From an uncultured Acidobacteriota bacterium (lineage in GTDB: Bacteria > Acidobacteriota > Polarisedimenticolia > Polarisedimenticolales > DASRJG01): DNA of 64,000 nucleotides. Of this stretch, positions 1 through 8,450 are shown piece by piece; within the stretch, counting starts at the first letter, position 1; each line of letters begins with the position of its first letter. The notes under the pieces are model-generated. The model did no database searches and was not told where the DNA came from. It saw only the letters and a program-made list of their open reading frames with translations. The DNA is taken from positions 36,714-100,713 of the forward strand of contig CAYLHQ010000012.1 of assembly GCA_964383585.1 (NCBI GenBank). Direction: 5' to 3'. The position numbers were made by a program, and so were the translations under genes.

Positions 1-2
1 CG

Positions 3-191
3 AAGGACGAGCGCGGCTGCTGCATGAAGACGGTCTACGATCGCTGCCTCCCGAGCGCGCTCGCCTTCGCCGACCGGTCGGCGGCCGAGAGGTTCGCGAA
101 GGAGCACGGAGGATTCGTCACCTCCTTCGATCGCCTCGCCTCGGCGGGGTTCCGCCCGCCGATCTCCCAGCTCCGCACCCGGCCCCAGTAG
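3..191 (+). CDS. 3' fragment of a NosL-like gene (5' end lies outside the window)
   Basis: Frame 3 is open from the window edge to TAG 189-191. The translation ...LAFADRSAAERFAKEHGGFVTSFDRL resembles the conserved C-terminal A-x2-F-x2-EHGG-x-V-x-F block of NosL-family proteins (recalled from memory). It overlaps the convergent radical SAM ORF by 157 nt, which lowers confidence. Confidence 0.35.
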   Translation, partial: KDERGCCMKTVYDRCLPSALAFADRSAAERFAKEHGGFVTSFDRLASAGFRPPISQLRTRPQ

Positions 192-1462
192 GCGGCGTCG
201 AGCGCCGCCGCGTAGAGGACGCTCGGCCATCCGTTCGAACGGAGCGCGTGTCGCGCGAGACGCGCGGCGATCCGGTCGGGCCGGTAGAACTGCCGGGTGA
301 TCCAGTCGTGCCCTTCCTGGAGCTCCTTCGAGGTCATCCGCGCGGGCTCGAAGACGACGTGGTGGTAGTCGTAGCGCGCCCAGTCCCTCTCGAAGACGCG
401 ATCGCCCATCGTTACGAAGAGGCGGGTCCCCGGAAGCGGCGTCAGGACCGAGACCTGGATCGCGTCGACCTCGAGCGCGCCGAGTCCTGCGAGGGTCTCC
501 TCGAAAACCGCGGGGCCGTCCGCGTCGAAGCCGAAGACGAGCCCCGCCTCGACGCCGATCCCGTGGGCGTGGAGGAGGCGGATCCGGTCCCGGTACTCCT
601 CGGCGCGGTGAAACCCCTTGTCCACGGCGCGCAGGTTCGTCTCGCGAAGCGTCTCGAGACCGACGAAAAGGCCGACGCACCCCGAATCGGCGGCGAGGCG
701 CACGAGCGCGAGGTCGTCGGTGATCGCGAGCGCCGACTGGCTCACCCAGCGCTTCCCGAGCGGCGCGAGCCCGCGGAAGAGGTCGCGCGCGTACGCCGGG
801 TCCGCGGTCAGGTTGTCGTCGACGAAGACGACGAACCGCTTCGGTAGGGCGGCGACCTCGGCGACGACCTCCGCGACGGGACGGGTCCGGAAGTTCCCCC
901 CGTGGAGCGCGCCGACCGAGCAGAAGGCGCAGCGGTTGGGGCAGCCGCGCGTCGCCTGAACGGCCTGGACGGTGACGTAGTCGCGGCCGGCGAGAAGCTC
1001 TCTCGGGACGCGCTTCAAACCGGCGAGCGAGGGAGGCTCCTCGTTCCGGTAAACCGGCCGCAACGCGCCGCGGCGCGTGTCCTCGACCGCGAGCGGCCAC
1101 ACCCCTTCCGCCTCGCCGATCACGACGGCGTCGGCGTGGCCGCAGGCCTCCTCGGGCCGGAAGGTGGGGTGCATTCCGCCGAGGACGACCGGAACGCCGC
1201 GCGCGCGGAACCGCCGGGCGATCTCGTACGCCCGCGGCGCCGCCGCCGTCATGCACGAGATCCCGACGAGGTCCCAGACCCCCTCGAACGGGACGTCGTC
1301 GACCTGCTCGTCCACGATCGTGACCCGGTCGCACGAGGGAGTCTCCGCCGCGACGGTGAGCAGGCTCAGGAGAGAGAACCGGAAGGTCTTCCCGTTGAAG
1401 AGGCGTTTCCGGCCGATCCGGTGCCAGCCGGCGCTCGCGGGGGCGATCAGGAGGATGTTCAT
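35..1462 (-). CDS. B12-binding-domain radical SAM protein
   Basis: 475-aa ORF. The N-terminal region looks like a B12-binding domain (MNILLIAPA...VVLGGMHPT). The canonical radical SAM cluster motif CPNRCAFC (CxxxCxxC) is followed by a TIM-barrel-like region. The last ~50 aa are low quality and overlap the NosL-like fragment. Confidence 0.85.
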   Translation of the reverse strand: MNILLIAPASAGWHRIGRKRLFNGKTFRFSLLSLLTVAAETPSCDRVTIVDEQVDDVPFEGVWDLVGISCMTAAAPRAYEIARRFRARGVPVVLGGMHPTFRPEEACGHADAVVIGEAEGVWPLAVEDTRRGALRPVYRNEEPPSLAGLKRVPRELLAGRDYVTVQAVQATRGCPNRCAFCSVGALHGGNFRTRPVAEVVAEVAALPKRFVVFVDDNLTADPAYARDLFRGLAPLGKRWVSQSALAITDDLALVRLAADSGCVGLFVGLETLRETNLRAVDKGFHRAEEYRDRIRLLHAHGIGVEAGLVFGFDADGPAVFEETLAGLGALEVDAIQVSVLTPLPGTRLFVTMGDRVFERDWARYDYHHVVFEPARMTSKELQEGHDWITRQFYRPDRIAARLARHALRSNGWPSVLYAAALDAAYWGRVRSWEIGGRNPAEARRSKEVTNPPCSFANLSAADRSAKASALGRQRS

Positions 1463-1589
1463 CGGCGTCTCCCTTCCACCCGGTCATGCGCGGAGGGAGG
1501 GCGGGAAGGATCACTCCCGGTCGAAAGCCGTGCGTGGGGCGCTGGGGGTATCATCCGGGTCGTCCAGCGGAAACCCGGGAGGGACGACG

Positions 1590-1775
1590 ATGGATCCGGA
1601 GGCGCCCCTCGAGCCCGACCCCGTCATCGAGGCCTACAAGGCGCACGTGGACCGGACCCTCCTCCGCGAGAACCTGAAGCGCAGCGTCGCCGAGCGGCTC
1701 GCGAACTTCCTGGAGCTGCAGCGCCTCGCGGAAGAGGCCAGGCGCGCGGGCGAGAGGGCGCGGGGCGGGCGGTGA
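1590..1775 (+). CDS. small helical protein, putative antitoxin-like partner of the downstream nucleotidyltransferase
   Basis: ATG at 1590 is preceded by GGGAGGG. The 61-aa product is charged and helical (...VIEAYKAHVDRTLLRENLKRSVAERLANFLELQRLAEEARRAG). Its stop TGA 1773-1775 overlaps GTG 1772 of the next ORF (GTGA coupling). Confidence 0.5.
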   Translation: MDPEAPLEPDPVIEAYKAHVDRTLLRENLKRSVAERLANFLELQRLAEEARRAGERARGGR

Positions 1776-1930
1776 CCGACTTCGCCGGTTTGATCGGCGC
1801 CCTCGCGAACGGTCGGGTGGAATTCCTGATCGTCGGCGGCCTGGCGGCCATCGTGCACGGCTCGGCGCGCATGACGCAGGACATCGACGTCGTGTACTCC
1901 CGGGCCCCCGAGAACGTGAAGAGGCTCGTG

Positions 1931-1942
1931 GAGGCCCTCACG
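1931..1942. repeat. left copy of the 12-bp direct repeat (putative target-site duplication) GAGGCCCTCACG
   Basis: Identical 12-mer at 1931-1942 and 2142-2153. Both copies are in frame with the respective gene halves (E-A-L-T). Confidence 0.75.
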
Positions 1943-2141
1943 ACGTGACGCGAATCGTGGGGACGGGAGGATCGAGGGACGCCACCGAAGTTGCGGTGGG
2001 ATCTGGGGATTCCCTTTCCGCGCCGATCGGAAGCCCAGGGCTCGCGACTTCGCGGCACGGGCTTCGCGATGGAACTCTCGGACCCACCGCAACTTCGGCC
2101 CCATGCACGGCGCGAGTCCTCCCCACCGTTCGCACCACCTT
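1943..2141 (+). mobile_element. MITE-like non-autonomous element, copy A (199 bp, no ORF)
   Basis: Flanked by the 12-bp direct repeat. The ends form imperfect inverted repeats: left ACGTGACGCGAATCGTGGGGACGGGAGGA versus the reverse complement of the right end, AAGGTGGTGCGAACGGTGGGGAGGA. There is a perfect 16-bp internal stem (1985-2000 pairs with 2083-2098). The element is homologous to 51897-52096. Confidence 0.6.
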
Positions 2142-2153
2142 GAGGCCCTCACG
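2142..2153. repeat. right copy of the 12-bp direct repeat GAGGCCCTCACG
   Basis: See the entry for 1931-1942. Confidence 0.75.
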
Positions 2154-2525
2154 CCCTTCGCGCCCTATCTGCGCGGCGCGCCCGCCGGGCTTCCGTTCGA
2201 ATGGTCCGTTTCGACGGTGCTTCGTGGACTCAACTTCACCCTGACGACTAGGCTCGGCGACATCGACCTTCTCGGCGAGCTTACCGGCGGGGGAACGTAC
2301 GAGGACCTCGAAGGATCGACGCTCGGCGTCGAGCTCTTCGGGTGTCGGTGCCGTTGCCTCGATCTCGACACGCTCATCCGGGTCAAGCGAGCGGGGGGCA
2401 GGCCGCGTGATCTGGAAGCCGTCGCGGAGTTGGAGGCGCTGGCGGAGGAGAGAAGGCGCCTCGGCGGGACCTGACCCCGACAGGGACCTGTCGCATATCC
2501 CACACCCGCCGTCCGAGACGGAACA

Positions 2526-3860
2526 GTGCGGGGCCGGTTCCGACGAAATTCGATGGAATCCTCGTCCGGCACGTCGGTTGCCTGGACCGGGGACGTGCTC
2601 ACGAAACGACTCCTCCACGCTGTCCTGCTCCTGTCCGCCATCCCCGCCGCGGCGGGAGAGCTTCCGCTCCTCGATCTCGCCGCCCTCCTCTCCGAGGCCG
2701 AGGCGTCGGCCCCCGCGCTCCGCGCCGCAGGGTCGCGCGTTCTCGCGGCCGAAACCCTCCCTGCGCGGGCGGAGGCCCTTCCCGATCCGATGGTCTCGTT
2801 TTCCCTCCAGAACGAGAGCCTCGAAACGTTCACGCTCGGCGATTCGCAAATGTCGAACGCGACCTTCACCTGGACGCAGGAGATCCCCTTCCCTGGAAAG
2901 CGGGCCCTCCGCGCCGAGGCGGCGCGGGCGGAAAGCGGCGTTGCCACGGCGGAGGCGGAGCGGATCCGACGCGAGATCCTCGCCGCAGTGAAGACGCTCT
3001 ACGTCGAACTCCACCGGATCCATCGCGTGCGCGGGCTCGTCGAGGAGAACCGCCGTCTCGTCGTCGCCCTGCGCGACGCCTCGCGGGCGCGCTTCGAGAC
3101 GGGGGAGGCCCCCCTCGAGGGGCCTCTCGGCGCCGGGGCCGAGATCGCGCGGATCGACGCCGAGATCGAAGATCTGGAGGGGCAACGGTCGGAGGCCGAG
3201 GCGGGTCTTACGCGTCTTCTCGGCAGGAGCGAGACGGACCGCTTCGGTCCCGCCGTCGCCGCGCCGGCGGTGGCCCCTTTCGATCCGGACGAGCTCCTGC
3301 GGGCCGCCGCCCTGCACGCGACCCGCGTCGGCGTTCTCCGCGCCGTCGAGCGGCGCGAGGAAGCGCGCATCGAATCCCTCAGGCGCGATCTCAAGCCCGA
3401 CTTCTCTTGGAGCGCCGGGTACGCCTACCGAGGAAGCCTCGACCCGATGGTGATGGGGATGTTCGGCGTCACGCTCCCCCTCTTCCGCGACCGGAAACAG
3501 GTTCAGGCGCTCGCCGGGGCCGAGCGCTCGCTCGAGGCCGTCCGTCACGAGGCGAAAGACGCCGCGCTCGAGGCGGAATCCTCGGTGCGCGAGGCACTCG
3601 CGCGCGCGAAAAGCGCCGAGGATCAGGCGCGGGTCTTCGAGGACGCCGTCCTCCCCCAGGCCCGCGCCGCCCTCGACGCCGCGACGGCCGCCTACACGAC
3701 CGGCCGCGTGGACTTCGCGACGATCCTCGGGTACGCCCGCGAGCTTCTGGCCGACGCGCGGCGGATCGAAGATCTCCGCGCTCGGCGCCTTGCCGCCCTC
3801 GCCCTGCTCGAGCCCAGCGTCGGGCGCGACCTCGTCCTGCCCGCGGGAGACCCGTCATGA
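2526..3860 (+). CDS. TolC-family outer membrane efflux protein (CusC/CzcC-like)
   Basis: 444-aa ORF with a signal-like N-terminus (LLHAVLLLSAIPAAAG) and two coiled-coil/beta-barrel repeats typical of outer membrane factor proteins. Its stop overlaps the next start (ATGA at 3857-3860). The start is uncertain (GTG 2526 or ATG 2553). Confidence 0.85.
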   Translation: MRGRFRRNSMESSSGTSVAWTGDVLTKRLLHAVLLLSAIPAAAGELPLLDLAALLSEAEASAPALRAAGSRVLAAETLPARAEALPDPMVSFSLQNESLETFTLGDSQMSNATFTWTQEIPFPGKRALRAEAARAESGVATAEAERIRREILAAVKTLYVELHRIHRVRGLVEENRRLVVALRDASRARFETGEAPLEGPLGAGAEIARIDAEIEDLEGQRSEAEAGLTRLLGRSETDRFGPAVAAPAVAPFDPDELLRAAALHATRVGVLRAVERREEARIESLRRDLKPDFSWSAGYAYRGSLDPMVMGMFGVTLPLFRDRKQVQALAGAERSLEAVRHEAKDAALEAESSVREALARAKSAEDQARVFEDAVLPQARAALDAATAAYTTGRVDFATILGYARELLADARRIEDLRARRLAALALLEPSVGRDLVLPAGDPS

Positions 3861-5119
3861 GCCCCCGCGGACGCAGCGTTCTCGTCGTCGTCTCGCTCGC
3901 CGTCCTCGTCGCCGTCGTCGCCCTCGCGTGGCTTACCCCGCGCGGGACGGCACAGCACCACGGTTCGGCGACGCAGTTCCACTGCCCGATGCATCCGCAG
4001 GTCGTGCAGGACCGCCCGGGGAAGTGCCCGATCTGCGCGATGGGTCTCGTTCCGGCCTCGCGAGTCGAAACCGAAGTGCCGCACGAGGGCGCGCACGGCC
4101 CGAAAGGGCTCGCGCGCGTGCGTCTGACGGAGGCGAAGGCGCGCCGGATCGGCGCGCGGTCGGTGCCGGTCGAACCCGCCCGCTTCGACCGGGTCGTGCG
4201 CGCCGCGGGAAACGTCGCGATCGACGAGACCCGCCTGCGGCAGGTCCACACGAAGACGGCGGGATGGGTGGAGAGGTTGTGGGCGAACGCGGTGGGAGAG
4301 CCCGTCCGACGCGGCGCGCCCCTCCTCGCGATCTACAGCCCCGAGCTGCTCGCCGCGCAGGAAGAGTTCCTCGTCGCGCTCCGGGCGAACGAGCGGCTCG
4401 CGGCGAGCGGCTCCGAGGAGGTTGCCGCTTCGGGGGACTCCCTCCTCGCCGCCGCGCGCAGCCGGCTGCGCCTGCTCGACATGACCGAGGACGAGATCGC
4501 GGCCCTGGAGAAGACGGGGGTTGCGTCCCGCACCGTCGTCGTTCCGTCCCCCCTCTCGGGGACGATCCTCTCGCGCGGCATCGCCGAAGGGGCGCGCGTC
4601 GAACCGGGGACGATGCTCCTCGAGGTCGCGGACCTCTCGAAGGTCTGGGTGCTCGCCTCCGTCTACGAGTACGAGTTGCCGTTCGTCCGGGAAGGCCAGG
4701 AGGCGTCGATGACCCTCCCTTACCTTCCGGGGCGCGAACATCGGGGGAAGGTGGCGAAGGTCTATCCGACCCTCGACTCGGCGACGCGGACCGCGACCGT
4801 GCGGATCGAGTTCACGAACCCGGACGGGTCGCTCAAGCCGGAGATGTACGCCGAGGTCCGCCTCGTCGCCGACCTCGGGGAGAGGCTCGCCGTCCCGACG
4901 GGGGCGGTGATGGAGACGGGAACGCGGAGCGTCGTGTTCGTCGACGAGGGGGACGGCGTCTTCACGCCGCGCGAGATCGCGGTCGGCCTCCGTCTTCCGG
5001 ACCGGGTCGAGGTGCTCTCCGGGCTCGAGCGTGGAGAACGGGTCCTCGCGGAGGGGAACTTCTTCGTCGATTCGGAGTCGAGGCTCCGCGCCGGGCTCGA
5101 GGCCGCGGCGGAGCGATGA
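3857..5119 (+). CDS. cusB: RND efflux membrane fusion protein, CusB-like, with an N-terminal heavy-metal-binding domain
   Basis: One TM helix is followed by FHCPMHPQVVQDRPGKCPICAMGL (the YHCPMHP...CPxCGM metal-binding motif). A barrel-sandwich/beta-barrel MFP body follows. ATGA overlaps occur at both ends (3857 and 5116). Confidence 0.85.
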   Translation: MSPRGRSVLVVVSLAVLVAVVALAWLTPRGTAQHHGSATQFHCPMHPQVVQDRPGKCPICAMGLVPASRVETEVPHEGAHGPKGLARVRLTEAKARRIGARSVPVEPARFDRVVRAAGNVAIDETRLRQVHTKTAGWVERLWANAVGEPVRRGAPLLAIYSPELLAAQEEFLVALRANERLAASGSEEVAASGDSLLAAARSRLRLLDMTEDEIAALEKTGVASRTVVVPSPLSGTILSRGIAEGARVEPGTMLLEVADLSKVWVLASVYEYELPFVREGQEASMTLPYLPGREHRGKVAKVYPTLDSATRTATVRIEFTNPDGSLKPEMYAEVRLVADLGERLAVPTGAVMETGTRSVVFVDEGDGVFTPREIAVGLRLPDRVEVLSGLERGERVLAEGNFFVDSESRLRAGLEAAAER

Positions 5120-8100
5120 TCGAGCGGATCATCGACTTCTCCGCGCGGCACCGCCTCCTGGTGCTGATGCTGACGGTCGTCGCCGTTCTGTTCGCGGTGC
5201 GCGCGATGCGCGAGGTCCCGCTCGACGCGATCCCCGATCTCTCGGACACCCAGGTCATCGTCTTCTCGAAGTGGGACCGTAGCCCCGACATCGTCGAAGA
5301 CCAGGTGACGTACCCCATCGTCACCTCCCTCCTCGGAGCGCCGGGCGTCAAGTCGATCCGTGGCTTTTCGGATTACGGCTTCTCCTACGTCTACGTGATC
5401 TTCGACGACGGGACCGACCCCTACTGGGCGCGGAGCCGGGTGCTCGAGTACCTGAGCGAGATCCTCCCGCGGCTTCCCGCAGGGGTGACGACGGAGCTGG
5501 GGCCGGACGCGACGGGGGTCGGCTGGGTTTACCAGTACGCGCTCGTCGACCCCGAAGGCCGCCACGACCCGGCAGACCTGCGATCCTTTCAGGACTGGAC
5601 GCTCCGGTACTGGCTCCAGGGTGTGGAAGGGGTCGCCGAGATCGCGTCGTTCGGCGGGTATCAGAGGCAATACCAGATCACGCTCCGTCCCGAAGCGCTC
5701 CTCGCGCGGAACGTCACCGTACCGCAGGTCGTCGAGGCGATCCGGAAGGGGAACGACGAGGTCGGGGCGCGGGTGCTCGAGCTTTCCGGCGCGGAGTACA
5801 TGGTGCGGGCGCGGGGGTACGCGCGATCGATCGAGGACTTCGAGAACCTCGTCGTGACCGCGGACGCTCGGGGGGTCCCCGTCCTCGTGCGCGACGTCGC
5901 GCGGGTCGGCGTGGGTCCCGACATGCGACGAGGGATCGGCGACCTCGACGGACGGGGGGACGTCGCGGGAGGGATCGTCGTCATGCGCCACGGGGAGAAC
6001 GCGCTCCGCGTGATCGAGCGCGTGAAGGCGAGGCTCGACGACGTGCGAGGCTCGCTTCCCGAGGGGGTGGAGATCGTCGCGACCTACGACCGGTCGGAGT
6101 TGATCGAGCGCTCGATCGACGTGCTGAAGAAGGAGCTGATCCTGGCGATGGTCGTCGTGAGCCTGGTCGTGCTCCTCTTCCTGTGGCACGTCCCTTCCGC
6201 GATCGTCCCGATCGTCACGATCCCGGTCTCGGTCTGCCTCGCCTTCATCCCGATGTGGGGGATGGGGATCACCTCGAACATCATGTCGCTCGCGGGGATC
6301 GCGATCTCGATCGGGGTCCTCGTTGACGGCGCGATCATCGAGGTCGAGAACGCCTACAACAAGATCCACCGGTGGCAGGCCGCTGGAGGGAAGGGGGACT
6401 TCCACGAGGTGCGCCTGGAGGCGCTCAAGGAGGTCGGGCCGGCGGTCTTCTTTTCCCTCCTCGTCATCACCGTGTCGTTCCTTCCGGTCTTCACCCTCGT
6501 CGATCAGGAAGGGCGGTTGTTCAAGCCGCTCGCCTACACGAAGACGCTGACGATGGCCCTCGCCGCGGTCCTCGCGACCACGCTCGACCCCGCGATGCGC
6601 ATGCTCTTCGCGCGGATCGAGCCGTTCCGGTTCCGGCCGCGAGTCCTGTCGAAGGCCGCGAGCGGTTTGTTCGTCGGGCGGTACCGCGCCGAGGAGGATC
6701 ACCCGATCAGCCGGCGGCTGATTCGGTGGTACGAGCCCGTCTGCCGCCTGGTCCTCGACTGGCCGAGGGCGACGATCGCGATCGCTCTCGCCCTTCTGCT
6801 GTCGACGATACCGGTGTACTTCTCCCTGGGCTCCGAGTTCATGCCTCCGCTCGACGAGGGGACGCTCCTGTACATGCCGACGACCCTCCCCGGGATTTCC
6901 GTCGCGGAAGCCGCGGCCATGCTCGAAGAGACGGGACGGCTCATCGCCGAGGTGCCCGAGGTCGCGAGCGTTCACGGGAAGGCGGGACGCGCCGATTCGG
7001 CGACCGACCCGGCGCCGTTGTCGATGATCGAGACGGTCGTCGTCTTGAAGCCGCGCTCGGAGTGGAGGTCGGTCGAGCGGTTCTACTCCGGCTTTCCGGA
7101 TTGGATGAAGGCCCCGTTCCGGCTCGTCTGGCGAGACCGGATTTCCCGAGAGGAGTTGGTCGCCGACCTCGACCGGCGCGTCCGCCTTCCGGGCGTCACC
7201 AATTCGTGGACGATGCCGATTCGCACGCGGATCGACATGCTGACGACGGGGATCCGGACGCCCGTCGGAATCAAGATCCTAGGACCGGACCTCGGTGAGA
7301 TCGAGCGGCTCGGCTCGGAGATCGAGTCGGTCGTCGCCGGGCTGAGCGGCACGCGAAGCGTCTTTGCCGAAAGGACCGCCGGCGGGTACTTCCTCGACTT
7401 CGACCTGAAGCGTGAGGCCCTCGCGAGGTACGGAATCGCCGTCGCGGACGCGCAGATGGTCCTGATGGCCGCCGTCGGGGGCGAGACGGTGACCACGACG
7501 ATCGAGGGGCGCGAGCGCTACACGGTGAGCGTCCAGTATCCGAGAGAACTGCGCGACAACGTCGAGGCGCTACGACGGGTGCTGGTCCCGGCCTCATCCG
7601 GTGTGCAGATCCCTCTCGAGCAGATCGCCGATCTCCGCTTCTCGACGGGCCCCGGGATGATCCGGAACGAGAACGGCCTCCTCGCGGGGTACGTTTACGT
7701 CGACATCTCGGAGTCCAACGTCGGCGGGTACGTGGCCCGTGCGAAGGAAGCGGTCGCGCAGGCGGTGTCGTTCCCTCCGGGCTATACCGCCGTCTGGAGC
7801 GGGCAGTACGAGAACATGCTGCGGGTGCGGGAGCGCCTGAAGCTCGTGATCCCGCTCACCTTGTTCCTCATCTTCCTCATTCTCTACATGAACACGCGCT
7901 CGGTGGTGAAGACGGGCATCGTCCTCCTCGCGGTTCCCTTCTCCCTCGTCGGTGCCGTCTGGTTCCTGTGGCTTCTCGACTACAACGTCTCGATCGCCGT
8001 CTGGGTGGGGATGATCGCCCTCATGGGCCTCGACGCGGAGACGGGCGTCTTCATGCTCCTCTTCCTCGATCTGTCGTACGAGCAGGCGGTGCGCGAGGGA

Positions 8101-8409
8101 AGGATGCGGAACCACCACGACCTTCGGGAGGCGATCGTCCACGGGGCCGTGAAGCGGATCCGGCCGAAGATGATGACCGTCCTCGCCGCCTTCGTGGGTC
8201 TCCTCCCGATCATGCTCTCCCAGGGGACCGGCTCCGACATGATGAAGCGCGTCGTCGCGCCGATGATCGGCGGCCTCGTCACGTCGTTCGTGCTGGAACT
8301 ACTCGTCTACCCGCCGCTCTACGAGATGTGGAAGCGGCAAAGGGGACATTCCGGTTTTTCTTTCCATTCTTCAAGCAGCGGTGAACCTCAGATCGCCGGG
8401 GCGCCTTGA
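5116..8409 (+). CDS. cusA: CusA/CzcA-family heavy-metal RND efflux pump
   Basis: The product reads co-linearly with E. coli CusA as I recall it: MIERIIDFS...DAIPDLSDTQVIVFSKW...DPYWARSRVLEYL...LGPDATGVGWVYQYAL...EGTLLYMPTTLPGIS. The last ~22 aa (RGHSGFSFHSSSSGEPQIAGAP) are encoded by the palindromic repeat at 8341-8439. Confidence 0.92.
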   Translation: MIERIIDFSARHRLLVLMLTVVAVLFAVRAMREVPLDAIPDLSDTQVIVFSKWDRSPDIVEDQVTYPIVTSLLGAPGVKSIRGFSDYGFSYVYVIFDDGTDPYWARSRVLEYLSEILPRLPAGVTTELGPDATGVGWVYQYALVDPEGRHDPADLRSFQDWTLRYWLQGVEGVAEIASFGGYQRQYQITLRPEALLARNVTVPQVVEAIRKGNDEVGARVLELSGAEYMVRARGYARSIEDFENLVVTADARGVPVLVRDVARVGVGPDMRRGIGDLDGRGDVAGGIVVMRHGENALRVIERVKARLDDVRGSLPEGVEIVATYDRSELIERSIDVLKKELILAMVVVSLVVLLFLWHVPSAIVPIVTIPVSVCLAFIPMWGMGITSNIMSLAGIAISIGVLVDGAIIEVENAYNKIHRWQAAGGKGDFHEVRLEALKEVGPAVFFSLLVITVSFLPVFTLVDQEGRLFKPLAYTKTLTMALAAVLATTLDPAMRMLFARIEPFRFRPRVLSKAASGLFVGRYRAEEDHPISRRLIRWYEPVCRLVLDWPRATIAIALALLLSTIPVYFSLGSEFMPPLDEGTLLYMPTTLPGISVAEAAAMLEETGRLIAEVPEVASVHGKAGRADSATDPAPLSMIETVVVLKPRSEWRSVERFYSGFPDWMKAPFRLVWRDRISREELVADLDRRVRLPGVTNSWTMPIRTRIDMLTTGIRTPVGIKILGPDLGEIERLGSEIESVVAGLSGTRSVFAERTAGGYFLDFDLKREALARYGIAVADAQMVLMAAVGGETVTTTIEGRERYTVSVQYPRELRDNVEALRRVLVPASSGVQIPLEQIADLRFSTGPGMIRNENGLLAGYVYVDISESNVGGYVARAKEAVAQAVSFPPGYTAVWSGQYENMLRVRERLKLVIPLTLFLIFLILYMNTRSVVKTGIVLLAVPFSLVGAVWFLWLLDYNVSIAVWVGMIALMGLDAETGVFMLLFLDLSYEQAVREGRMRNHHDLREAIVHGAVKRIRPKMMTVLAAFVGLLPIMLSQGTGSDMMKRVVAPMIGGLVTSFVLELLVYPPLYEMWKRQRGHSGFSFHSSSSGEPQIAGAP

Positions 8410-8439
8410 AGTATTGGAACAAAAAGCGGAATGTCCCCT
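8341..8439. repeat. AT-rich imperfect palindrome, AGGGGACATTCCG(C/G)TTTTT family; likely hairpin/terminator
   Basis: The left arm AGGGGACATTCCGGTTTTTCTTTCCATTCTTCAAG (8341-8375) pairs with the reverse complement of 8405-8439, AGGGGACATTCCGCTTTTTGTTCCAATACTTCAAG. The first 22 nt of the reverse complement of the right arm (AGGGGACATTCCGCTTTTTGTT) are identical to the outer arms of the 46778-46952 palindrome; the left arm has two substitutions in that stretch. Confidence 0.7.
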
Positions 8440-8450
8440 ATCTTGTCCCC

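Larger units (their letters stand above)
1772..2474 (+). pseudogene. nucleotidyltransferase-fold protein gene interrupted by a 199-bp insertion
   Basis: The N-terminal piece 1772-1948 (VTDFAGLIGALANGRVEFLIVGGLAAIVHGSARMTQDIDVV...VEALTT*) and the C-terminal piece (in-frame from 2142 to 2474, ...LEALTPFAPYLRG...DIDLLGEL...LIRVKRAGGRPRDLEAVAELEAL) are in different frames. Removing 1943-2153 joins them in frame at the duplicated GAGGCCCTCACG. Confidence 0.7.

Noticed and set aside
3790-5115. A long N-terminal extension of the cusA ORF (the track lists 1539 aa from 3790).
   Set aside because: The extension is an R/G/P-rich alternative frame of cusB. The conserved CusA N-terminus (MIERIIDFS...) starts at ATG 5116, which overlaps the cusB stop (ATGA).
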